Assembly: GCA_044225505.1 (NCBI GenBank)
Contig: JBGAIN010000010.1
Span: 62,001 to 105,721, forward strand
Source of the DNA: Limisphaerales bacterium
GTDB lineage: Bacteria > Verrucomicrobiota > Verrucomicrobiia > Limisphaerales > SIBE01
Direction of reading: 5' to 3'
Length of the DNA stretch: 43,721 bases
Under the pieces are notes generated by a model. It searched no databases. It saw only the letters and a list, made by a program, of their open reading frames with translations, and was not told the DNA's origin. This document shows positions 1-7,870 of this stretch, piece after piece. Both the position numbers and the translations under genes were made by a program. The number at the start of each line of letters is the position of its first letter. The first letter of the stretch is position 1.

Positions 1-103
1 CTTTCTTCAAGGGACGATGGGCAAAGTGGCTGTTTTATTGGGGATCGTTGTGATCCTGATGATTCGACCGCAGGGCTTGTTTGCGAGTAAAGTCCGTGCT
101 TAA
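1..103 (+). CDS. urtB: Urea/amide ABC transporter permease UrtB, 3' end only (partial)
   Basis: Frame starting at nt 2 reads FLQGTMGKVAVLLGIVVILMIRPQGLFASKVRA*. RPQGLF is the typical LivH/UrtB C-terminus, and the gene lies directly upstream of urtC. Confidence 0.85.
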   Translation, partial: FLQGTMGKVAVLLGIVVILMIRPQGLFASKVRA

Positions 104-121
104 CCCCTCGGCTTAACAATC

Positions 122-1285
122 ATGAGAACGCTCTATAAAAGATTCCTTGGTGGTGGACAAAACCTCTCCAATCTCGCAGTGCTGGCGGTGGTGTTGCTCG
201 TCCTACTGCCCGCCAGCCTCGATATCTTCCGGCTCAATCTGGTTGGCAAATACCTGACTTACGGGTTCGTCGCGCTTGGGTTGGTGCTGCTTTGGGGCAA
301 GGCGGGCGTCTTGAGCTTGGGCCAAGGCGTGTTCTTTGGTCTCGGTGGATATTGCATGGCGATGTTCTTGAAGTTGGAGGCGTCCGATCCGATCAGCACG
401 AAGATTCAATCCACACCTGGGATCCCCGACTTCATGGACTGGAACCAACTGAAAGCCTTGCCGGCGTTTTGGGTTCCATTCAAAAGCTTGCCCTTCACCA
501 TGATTGCGATTGTGGCGGTGCCAGCGCTAGTCGCGCTCGTGCTGGGAGTGGCCATGTTCAAACGGCGGGTCGGCGGGGTCTACTTCGCGATCATTACGCA
601 AGCTCTGGCTTTGATCCTCTCACTCGGCATTGACGGCAACCAAGGTTACACCGGCGGCCGTAATGGCATTACCGATCTGAGAACCTTAATGGGGTGGGAT
701 ATCCGAAGTCAGCATGCCCAGTACGTTCTTTACTTTGTGACCTGTCTCTTGCTCATGGCCACGATCGTGGCCGCGCAATGGCTGCTTTCCGGCAAACTCG
801 GCAAGATGCTGCTCGCCATGCGCGACAAGGAAGACCGCGTCCGGTTTTCGGGTTACGACGTTGCCATGTTCAAGGTCTTCACGTTCTGCTTCGCCGCGGC
901 TGTGAGTGGCATCGGCGGCGCCCTGTTTGTGCTGCAGGTGGGTTTCATCTCCCCCTCGCTGGTGGGCATCGTTCCGTCGATCGAAATGGTGATTTGCTCG
1001 GCCGTGGGCGGGCGCGCTTCTCTGTTTGGCGCGGTTTATGGGACATTGTTGGTCAACACGGGCAAGAGTCTGTTTTCGGAGACCTTTCCGCAGCTCTGGC
1101 TCTACGCCATGGGCGGATTATTCATCGCGGTGGTCGTGTTTTTCCCGGACGGCCTGGCAGGCGTGATTGGTTTGGCTCGAAAACGATTCGGTCCATGGGT
1201 CGCTTCTTGGAAGAGCAGCGCCCCGATCGGAACCCCAGTGGCAGCCAGTGTCGCATCGGGAAAGGAGGGAATGAATGAGCAGTAA
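122..1285 (+). CDS. urtC: Urea/short-chain amide ABC transporter permease UrtC (LivM-like)
   Basis: Hydrophobic 387 aa with LSLGQGVFFGLGGY, TPGIPDFMDWNQ, GVYFAIITQA, TGGRNG and RDKEDRVRFSGY motifs. Confidence 0.92.
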   Translation: MRTLYKRFLGGGQNLSNLAVLAVVLLVLLPASLDIFRLNLVGKYLTYGFVALGLVLLWGKAGVLSLGQGVFFGLGGYCMAMFLKLEASDPISTKIQSTPGIPDFMDWNQLKALPAFWVPFKSLPFTMIAIVAVPALVALVLGVAMFKRRVGGVYFAIITQALALILSLGIDGNQGYTGGRNGITDLRTLMGWDIRSQHAQYVLYFVTCLLLMATIVAAQWLLSGKLGKMLLAMRDKEDRVRFSGYDVAMFKVFTFCFAAAVSGIGGALFVLQVGFISPSLVGIVPSIEMVICSAVGGRASLFGAVYGTLLVNTGKSLFSETFPQLWLYAMGGLFIAVVVFFPDGLAGVIGLARKRFGPWVASWKSSAPIGTPVAASVASGKEGMNEQ

Positions 1286-2021
1286 CACAGACTTTCTCCT
1301 GGCCATTGAGGAATTGACCGTGTCGTTCGATGGGTTTCGCGCGGTGGACAATCTCAATCTTTATCTGAGCGCGGATGAATTGCGGGTTATAATCGGTCCG
1401 AATGGCGCCGGCAAAACGACGGTCCTGGACATGATCTGCGGCAAGACCCGTCCCACGGGAGGAAGCATCAAATTCAAGAACCGTGAACTGGTAGGGATGG
1501 CGGAACATCAAATCGTGCGGGCGGGCGTGGGGCGTAAGTTTCAAACTCCCTCAATTTACGAGAATCTCACGGTTTTCGAAAACCTCGAGGTCTCATTTCC
1601 GAAGGGGCGCTCGGTATTTGGGTGCTTGGCCTTTCGGCGAAACGCGGAAGTGGTGGATCGGATTCACAAGGTGGCCGAGGAGACGTTTCTGGCCGATTAC
1701 CTGGATGTCGAAGGGGCCTTTCTAAGCCATGGACAGAAGCAATGGTTGGAAATCGCCATGCTCCTGATGCAAGAACCCGAGTTGCTCATGCTCGACGAGC
1801 CGGTGGCCGGCATGAGTCCCTCCGAGCGAGATCAAACGGCGGAGCTGCTGCAACGCATCTGCAAAGGACGATCGATCATCATCATTGAGCACGACATGGA
1901 ATTTGTGTCGCGCATCGCTCACAAAGTCACCGTCTTGCACCTCGGCAAAATCCTCGCCGAAGGGAGCATGGAGGAGATTCATCATCATCCCAAAGTGATC
2001 GAAGTTTACTTGGGAGAGTAA
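1275..2021 (+). CDS. urtD: Urea ABC transporter ATP-binding protein UrtD
   Basis: Walker A GPNGAGKTT, GRKFQTPSIYENLTV, LSHGQKQWLEI signature, Walker B LLMLDEP and a VIEVYLG end. Confidence 0.93.
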   Translation: MSSNTDFLLAIEELTVSFDGFRAVDNLNLYLSADELRVIIGPNGAGKTTVLDMICGKTRPTGGSIKFKNRELVGMAEHQIVRAGVGRKFQTPSIYENLTVFENLEVSFPKGRSVFGCLAFRRNAEVVDRIHKVAEETFLADYLDVEGAFLSHGQKQWLEIAMLLMQEPELLMLDEPVAGMSPSERDQTAELLQRICKGRSIIIIEHDMEFVSRIAHKVTVLHLGKILAEGSMEEIHHHPKVIEVYLGE

Positions 2022-2034
2022 CACAGGAACTTTT

Positions 2035-2733
2035 ATGAACCCGATGCTTTCCGTTCAACAACTCAATGTCGGTTACGGCCAAAGTCGCGTCATCCACGAT
2101 TTGACCTTCGATGTCGGGGATCAGGAAATCGTGGCCATCATGGGCCGCAACGGCATGGGAAAGACTACTCTGTTAAAGTCGCTCATTGGGATCTTGCAGT
2201 CCACTTCCGGAGCGATTCGTCTGGGTGCCCAGGAGTTGACCGGTTTGCCGTCGCACGAGCGCGTGCGCCAGGGGATCGCGTTCGTTCCCCAGGGGCGCAT
2301 GATCTTCCCCTCCTTGACCGTCACGGAAAACATTTTGACCGGCGCGAAGGGGCCAGTGCCGCCGAGCATCTGGGACGAGATCTATGGGCTTTTCCCAGTG
2401 TTGCGCGAGATGCGAAGCCGGAAGGGTGGCAATTTATCCGGCGGCCAACAGCAGCAGTTGGCCATCGCGCGCGCCTTGGTCTCCAATCCGAAGGTGCTGG
2501 TTTTGGACGAGCCGACCGAAGGGATCCAACCGTCCATTATCAAAGATATCGCTCGGGCGCTTAAAGAGATTCGGACATGGCGCAAGATCGCCATGATCGT
2601 CAGCGAACAGGTGGTGAGCTTTATGATGGAAGTGTGCGACCGGGCCCTGGTGATCGAGCGGGGTCGGTTCGTTCACGAAGCGCCCCGCGCAAGCTTGGAC
2701 GCCAATAAAGTGAGAGCTCTGCTTTCGGTCTGA
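2035..2733 (+). CDS. urtE: Urea ABC transporter ATP-binding protein UrtE
   Basis: GRNGMGKTT, VPQGRMIF, LSGGQQQQLAIARAL and LDEPTEGIQPSII motifs. Confidence 0.93.
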   Translation: MNPMLSVQQLNVGYGQSRVIHDLTFDVGDQEIVAIMGRNGMGKTTLLKSLIGILQSTSGAIRLGAQELTGLPSHERVRQGIAFVPQGRMIFPSLTVTENILTGAKGPVPPSIWDEIYGLFPVLREMRSRKGGNLSGGQQQQLAIARALVSNPKVLVLDEPTEGIQPSIIKDIARALKEIRTWRKIAMIVSEQVVSFMMEVCDRALVIERGRFVHEAPRASLDANKVRALLSV

Positions 2734-2780
2734 AATCAACCCATGGCCAGTAATAACCCCATAAACAGAAAGGAACCCTG

Positions 2781-4004
2781 ATGTTGAAAACACTGATCGA
2801 AGTGGATTTCAAAAGTGCCCCCGAAAAGCAATCGTCGATTCATAACCGCTGGCACCCGGATATCCCGATGACCTCCTACGTCAAACCGGGCGACGAGTTC
2901 CGCGTCGAATGCCTGGATTGGACCGGAGGACAGATCTATGACAACGACTCGGCCAACGATATCCGGGATGTCGACCTGACCAAAGTGCACTATCTGAGTG
3001 GCCCAATCGGAGTGGAAGGGGCGGAGCCGGGCGACCTGTTGGTCGTCGACCTTTTGGATGTTGGTGTCCTGCCCGAGTCCGCTTGGGGGTTCACAGGGAT
3101 TTTCGCCAAGACCAACGGCGGCGGATTCTTGACGGAACACTTCCCCAACGCGCGGAAGGCGTGTTGGCATTTCAGTGGGCTCTATGCGAATTCCCGCCAT
3201 ATCCCAGGCGTGGAATTTGCCGGGATTATTCACCCGGGTCTGATTGGCTGCTTGCCTTCGAAAGAACTTTTAGCCACTTGGAACAAGCGGGAGTCTGCTC
3301 TGTTTGCCACGGATCCCAATCGAGTGCCGCCTCTCTGTGCCTTGCCTTACGCGGCCACGGCGCATATGGGTGGAATGACTGGCAGCTCGGCCAAGGCGGC
3401 AGCGCAAGAAGCGGTGCGAACCGTCCCCCCACGTGAACACGGTGGAAATTGTGACATCAAGAATCTAAGCCGTGGTTCCAAAGTCTATTTTCCGGTCTAC
3501 GTGAAGGGCGCTGGCCTGTCGATGGGCGACATCCACTTTTCACAGGGGGATGGAGAAATCACCTTCTGCGGCGCGATCGAAATGGCCGGCTATCTCGATT
3601 TGCGGGTGAACCTGATCAAGGGCGGCATGAGCAAGTACGGAATTGTGAACCCGATCTTTCAGCCGAGCCCCGTGGAACCGAAATACAGTCGATACCTGAT
3701 TTTCGAAGGCATCTCTGTGGATGAGCAGGGGAAACAGTACTATCTGGATGTGCATGTGGCCTACCGTCGCGCCTGCCTGAATGCCATCGAGTATTTGAAG
3801 AAGTTTGGCTATACCGGCGAGCAAGCTTACGCGATCCTCGGCACCGCCCCGGTCGAAGGACGCATCAGTGGAATCGTCGATATTCCCAACGCCTGCGCGA
3901 CCCTGGCGCTGCCGACCGAAATCTTCGGTTTCGATATTCTTCCCAATGCCAGTGGACCCAAAGTGCAACTCAACCAGAAGATCGATTTGGCGGTGACCAA
4001 CTAG
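2781..4004 (+). CDS. fmdA: Formamidase (acetamidase/formamidase FmdA/AmdA family)
   Basis: HNRWHPDIP, ECLDWTGGQI, VHYLSGPI, PPREHGGNCDIK, GDIHFSQGDGEI and VDIPNACAT motifs; AAGGA RBS upstream. Confidence 0.95.
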   Translation: MLKTLIEVDFKSAPEKQSSIHNRWHPDIPMTSYVKPGDEFRVECLDWTGGQIYDNDSANDIRDVDLTKVHYLSGPIGVEGAEPGDLLVVDLLDVGVLPESAWGFTGIFAKTNGGGFLTEHFPNARKACWHFSGLYANSRHIPGVEFAGIIHPGLIGCLPSKELLATWNKRESALFATDPNRVPPLCALPYAATAHMGGMTGSSAKAAAQEAVRTVPPREHGGNCDIKNLSRGSKVYFPVYVKGAGLSMGDIHFSQGDGEITFCGAIEMAGYLDLRVNLIKGGMSKYGIVNPIFQPSPVEPKYSRYLIFEGISVDEQGKQYYLDVHVAYRRACLNAIEYLKKFGYTGEQAYAILGTAPVEGRISGIVDIPNACATLALPTEIFGFDILPNASGPKVQLNQKIDLAVTN

Positions 4005-4053
4005 GGTGATGAGTTGACGCGACGTACGGGAGTTGTTCCAGGTTACCTCCGCC

Positions 4054-4088
4054 CGCCGCTCCACGTTCCAGGTGGAGCGGCGTTTTCT
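4054..4088 (+). terminator. Intrinsic terminator-like hairpin after fmdA
   Basis: CGCCGCTCCAC (4054-4064), loop GTTCCAG, GTGGAGCGGCG (4072-4082): a perfect 11-bp stem followed by TTTTCT. Confidence 0.7.
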
Positions 4089-4162
4089 CCTGGAGTGAGA
4101 ACCACGTCACGACGCGCTGTCCTGCAGTTCTGTGCTATGGCCGAAATTTACCCGATTTGATT

Positions 4163-4504
4163 ATGCCTCTCTACGAATACGAATGTGCGGTCTGCGGCAA
4201 CTTCACGGAGATGCGTCCCGTTCATGACCGGGATCGAGTGGCTTCTTGCCCGATCTGCCAGTGTCGAGCGTCTCGCACGATTCAAGCTCCGAACCTGGCG
4301 CTGGTCGCGAACTCCGTCCGACGCGCCGCAGCCATCAACGAGCAAAGCCAGCACGCGCCGCGCGTGCAAAATCGGCATCGGTGTTCTTACGGTTGCGGTT
4401 GTGGCACCCGGAAGAAGCGTGCGACCGCCCCGTCGGCAGGCGAGACAAAACCTCGGCTGCAATCCGGCCGTGTGGGGCAGCGCCCATGGATGTTGGGGCA
4501 CTAA
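4163..4504 (+). CDS. fmdB: FmdB-family zinc-ribbon regulatory protein
   Basis: MPLYEYECAVCG...CPIC zinc ribbon, NEQSQHAP, HRCSYGCGC and C-terminal RPWMLGH, typical of FmdB next to formamidase. Confidence 0.9.
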   Translation: MPLYEYECAVCGNFTEMRPVHDRDRVASCPICQCRASRTIQAPNLALVANSVRRAAAINEQSQHAPRVQNRHRCSYGCGCGTRKKRATAPSAGETKPRLQSGRVGQRPWMLGH

Positions 4505-4593
4505 AGCCATTCCGCTTCTTTAAAAATCTCGAGCCGCTAACGTCGGCTTTTCAGGGCCGGCGCGCAGCCGTGTCCGTAGGATCGGCTGTCGAA

Positions 4594-4671
4594 AGTGCCA
4601 GCGGCGTCTCGCCGCTGGCAGGAGAATTCCGGTTTTATAAAACCGGTCAGACCCGAGACGGCTCTGCCACT
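4594..4671. repeat. REP-doublet (REPIN-like) palindromic element
   Basis: Left AGTGCCAGCGGCGTCTCGCCGCTGGCA (self-hairpin) and right inverted degenerate copy GGTCAGACCCGAGACGGCTCTGCCACT. They enclose a perfect palindrome CCGGTTTTATAAAACCGG (4629-4646). Confidence 0.65.
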
Positions 4672-4858
4672 CGAAGTCAGAGAAATCTGCGACTGGCGCT
4701 TCGCACCTAGGCGCGCTCCGCATAGGTGAGGATAGTGGCGTGGCTGTAGCGGCATGATCAGCCGCCGCATCCTTTTCTCCTTCTCAGTTCCTCCCCGACG
4801 GGCTGTTTGGAAAGTCCTTTTTCTTGGGCCGGCAGCGGTGTTCGTGGAGAACGAACAC

Positions 4859-4903
4859 AACTTTGATTCACATCAAAGTTCGTCGCCCAACTCGCGCTAA
4901 GGT
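4859..4903 (+). promoter_or_regulatory. FNR/DNR/HcpR (CRP-FNR family) box plus -10 element; class II activated promoter of the octaheme operon
   Basis: AACTTTGAT-TCAC-ATCAAAGTT (4859-4880) is a perfect TTGAT-N4-ATCAA with 9-bp arms. TAAGGT at 4898-4903 places the box centre at about -41.5 from an A at 4911. Confidence 0.85.
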
Positions 4904-4957
4904 CGGCAGCATGCCAGCAACAACCTTAGGCATAGCGAAAGGCCGACGCATCCGGGT

Positions 4958-5656
4958 ATGAAACGCCTTTCGACGGTCCTCGGGACGGTATCTCTTGCGT
5001 TGCTCCTTCTGGGTATCGGGCTTGGTTGGTCCCGGTCCCATGCCGCGAGCACGTCGACTGTTCCCGCTCGTCTGGCGTTGAAGTTGCCCGAGGTAGTGCG
5101 CACCAATACCAGCGTCCCGGTCGTCGGATCTGCCCGGGACACGCATCTGGATCGAACCCCGCCCCGCCAGACAACAGGTCTGGATCTCGTCAAGCTCGGA
5201 TGGACCTACAACTGCATGGAGTGTCACAAGTTGTTAGAGGCGAAATGGCATTACGACCGGCCGATGGTCGAGCACGAAACCATTCAGTTGCAGCACGGTC
5301 AGAACCGTTTCTGTCTGAACTGTCATCACGCGACCAATCGCAATGCCTTTGTCGACTATGACGGCAGCGAGATCAAAGAAGAGGACGTCGTCTCTCTCTG
5401 CGCCAAGTGCCATGGACCGACGTATCGCGATTGGCAATCGGGCGTGCACGGTCGGCGTAACGGATACTGGAACAAAGAGATGGGAGAGCAAACCCGCCTC
5501 CGCTGCATTCAGTGCCACGATCCGCATCAGCCGAAGTTTCGGCCGATGAAACCGCTAGCGCCCTTGCGCTATCCGGCGCGCGCCGCCAATTCGGCGTCGA
5601 ATGACCCCTTTCATCCCAGTGGAAATGCTTCGAAATCACACAATGAAAGATTCTAG
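4958..5656 (+). CDS. Membrane-anchored/periplasmic tetraheme cytochrome c
   Basis: N-terminal hydrophobic helix; four CxxCH motifs (CMECH, CLNCH, CAKCH, CIQCH) plus candidate distal His residues (HETIQLQHG, GVHG, DPH). Confidence 0.9.
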   Translation: MKRLSTVLGTVSLALLLLGIGLGWSRSHAASTSTVPARLALKLPEVVRTNTSVPVVGSARDTHLDRTPPRQTTGLDLVKLGWTYNCMECHKLLEAKWHYDRPMVEHETIQLQHGQNRFCLNCHHATNRNAFVDYDGSEIKEEDVVSLCAKCHGPTYRDWQSGVHGRRNGYWNKEMGEQTRLRCIQCHDPHQPKFRPMKPLAPLRYPARAANSASNDPFHPSGNASKSHNERF

Positions 5657-6620
5657 TTCTGCGAGCGGCCCTGCCGCCCAAAGTATCGAACAGGTCTATC
5701 GGCCGGTGACCCGACGCACCTTTCTCAAGGGGACGGCGGCCGCGATGGCCGGACTCGCGGGCTTGGTGGTCGCACTCAAGCCCCTGTTGGCTTTGGAACG
5801 TGGCGAGATCTCCTTGGATGACCTGCTGCAGAAGCATTACCGGGAACTGAAGCCTGAGGAACTCGATCGCATCCTGCGCGCGCTCGAGGCGAAGTGCGAG
5901 AAAGAGCATGGGATCCGCCCCACGATGGGAGCTCCGCCTCCATTAGAAGGCGTCCAGTTTGGGTATGCCCTCAACCTCACGCGCTGCATTGGCTGCCGCC
6001 GCTGTGCCCATGCCTGTCTTAAAGAGAATAACCAGTCGCGAGACTCGGCGGACGACATTGAAATGTCTTACATCCGCGTTCTGCAACTGGAGAAAGGAAG
6101 GATCAATCTTGAAACCTCAGATCCCTACTATGACGCGAGTCAAGTGCCGGCGCCGGACAAGTACTACATGCCCGTGCAATGTCACCAGTGTCGCGAATCT
6201 CCCTGCACGAAGGTCTGCCCTGTGCAAGCGACGTGGCAGGAACCGGACGGGATTGTCACCGTGGATTACAACTGGTGCATCGGCTGTCGCTATTGCATGG
6301 CCGCGTGTCCGTACGATGCCCGGCGCTTCAACTTTCAGAAACCTAAACTCACGGCCGATGCCATCAACCCAAATCAGAGTTACCTGAGCAATCGCGTGCG
6401 GCCCAAGGGCGTGGTGGAAAAGTGCACCTTCTGCCTGCATCGAACGAGGGAAGGCCGTTACCCCGCCTGCCTGGAGGTTTGTCCCACTGGTGCCCGGGTT
6501 TTTGGGAACCTGTTGGACCCTAACAGCGAGATCAACTACATCCTCAAAAACAAGCGGGTATACATCCTGAAAGAGGACGTGGGGACGCAACCGAAGTTCT
6601 ACTACTTTTTCGACAAGTGA
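5643..6620 (+). CDS. Tat-exported 4x[4Fe-4S] ferredoxin subunit, NrfC/DsrO/DmsB family
   Basis: Tat motif TRRTFLK followed by an h-region; four Cys groups CIGCRRCAHAC, CHQCRESPCTKVCP, CIGCRYCMAACP and CTFC...PACLEVCP. Confidence 0.92.
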   Translation: MKDSSSASGPAAQSIEQVYRPVTRRTFLKGTAAAMAGLAGLVVALKPLLALERGEISLDDLLQKHYRELKPEELDRILRALEAKCEKEHGIRPTMGAPPPLEGVQFGYALNLTRCIGCRRCAHACLKENNQSRDSADDIEMSYIRVLQLEKGRINLETSDPYYDASQVPAPDKYYMPVQCHQCRESPCTKVCPVQATWQEPDGIVTVDYNWCIGCRYCMAACPYDARRFNFQKPKLTADAINPNQSYLSNRVRPKGVVEKCTFCLHRTREGRYPACLEVCPTGARVFGNLLDPNSEINYILKNKRVYILKEDVGTQPKFYYFFDK

Positions 6621-7864
6621 AGAGCTACCTCATCTTTCTCTGGCGAGCAGCGCGGATCTCATTCCAGGGCAGCTGGAAGTTTTATCTGTGGATGACGGTC
6701 TTGAGCATTTTGTCGCTGGTTGGCTTGAACGCCTATGCGCGCCAGCTTGTTGAGGGACTGCAGACCACAGGGTTGACCAATCAGGTCAGTTGGGGTGCCT
6801 ACATTGCCAACTTCACGTTCCTGGTAGGAGTGGCCGCCGCCGCGGTGATGCTCGTGATTCCCGCGTATATCTACAAAAAAGAGTTCATGCACGAAGTCGT
6901 GCTCTTCGGTGAACTCATGGCCATTGCGGTCATTGTGATGTGCCTTCTCTTTGTCACAGTCGATTTAGGGCATCCCGAGCGATTCCATCATATGATCCCT
7001 CCCTTCGGCATTTTCAATTGGCCGGGATCGATCCTCTCCTGGGACGTCATCGTCTTGAACGGGTATTTGCTGCTTAACCTCCATATCAGCGGTTATCTCC
7101 TCTATTGCCGCTACCGCCAGGTGCCTCCCGCGAAGGTGTTCTATATCCCGTTTGTGTTTCTTTCCATTGCCTGGGCGGTGAGCATCCACACCGTCACGGC
7201 GTTTCTTTACGTCGGGTTGGCCGGGCGCTCCTACTGGCATCATCCGCTGGTCCCGTCCCGGTTCCTGGCATCGGCGTTTGTGGCCGGGCCCGCCTTAATG
7301 ATTCTCACATTTCAAGTGATCCGCCGCCTGACGCGATATTGGATCGGCGACGCGCCCATTTTCACCCTGCGAATGATCATGACGGTGGCGATGTTGATCA
7401 ACGTCTTCTTGCTGGGCTGCGAGATCTTTACGGAGTTTTACTCGCCCACCGAGCATGCCGCTGCCGCCCGTTATCTCTATTTCGGTCTCCACGGGCATCG
7501 TGGTTTGGTGCCGTGGATCTGGACGGCCATGATCCTCGACGCGGTTGGACTGCTGCTCTTGATCAGCTCGATCAGCCGCAAGATCGTCGGCCTGAACCTG
7601 GCCTGCGTCGCTTGTTTCATTGGCATTTGGATCGAAAAAGGCATGGGTTTGATCGTTCCTGGCTTTGTCCCAACGCCGCTGGGCCAGATTGTTGAGTATT
7701 TGCCTTCCCGCAACGAGACCCTGGTTTGCGTCGGCATCTGGGCGCTCGGAGCGCTCCTCTACTCGTGGATGCTCCACGTCGCCATCCCCATCATGAACGG
7801 TTCGCTCCGTGCGGACCCGACTCGACCGGCGGCGACCAGCCCTGGTCACTCCCTTCACACCTAA
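6617..7864 (+). CDS. NrfD/PsrC-family integral membrane quinol-interacting subunit (DsrP-like)
   Basis: About 10 TM helices; TGLTNQVSWGAYIANFTFLVGVAAAAV, VDLGHPER, SILSWD, SIHTVTAFL and WIEKGMGLIVPGF motifs; GTGA overlap with the upstream gene. Confidence 0.92.
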   Translation: MKSYLIFLWRAARISFQGSWKFYLWMTVLSILSLVGLNAYARQLVEGLQTTGLTNQVSWGAYIANFTFLVGVAAAAVMLVIPAYIYKKEFMHEVVLFGELMAIAVIVMCLLFVTVDLGHPERFHHMIPPFGIFNWPGSILSWDVIVLNGYLLLNLHISGYLLYCRYRQVPPAKVFYIPFVFLSIAWAVSIHTVTAFLYVGLAGRSYWHHPLVPSRFLASAFVAGPALMILTFQVIRRLTRYWIGDAPIFTLRMIMTVAMLINVFLLGCEIFTEFYSPTEHAAAARYLYFGLHGHRGLVPWIWTAMILDAVGLLLLISSISRKIVGLNLACVACFIGIWIEKGMGLIVPGFVPTPLGQIVEYLPSRNETLVCVGIWALGALLYSWMLHVAIPIMNGSLRADPTRPAATSPGHSLHT

Positions 7865-7870
7865 CAAGTC

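Noticed and set aside
4839..4858. LexA-like TGTTC...GAAC site upstream of the cytochrome operon, and an SOS box before dinB
   Set aside because: Half-site spacing does not fit TGTTC-N4-GAACA, and no such palindrome is seen in 38731-38816.
5643..7864. Dissimilatory sulfur metabolism (DsrMKJOP or polysulfide reductase)
   Set aside because: No DsrM, DsrK, DsrAB or molybdopterin catalytic subunit in the operon; the similarity is at family level only.
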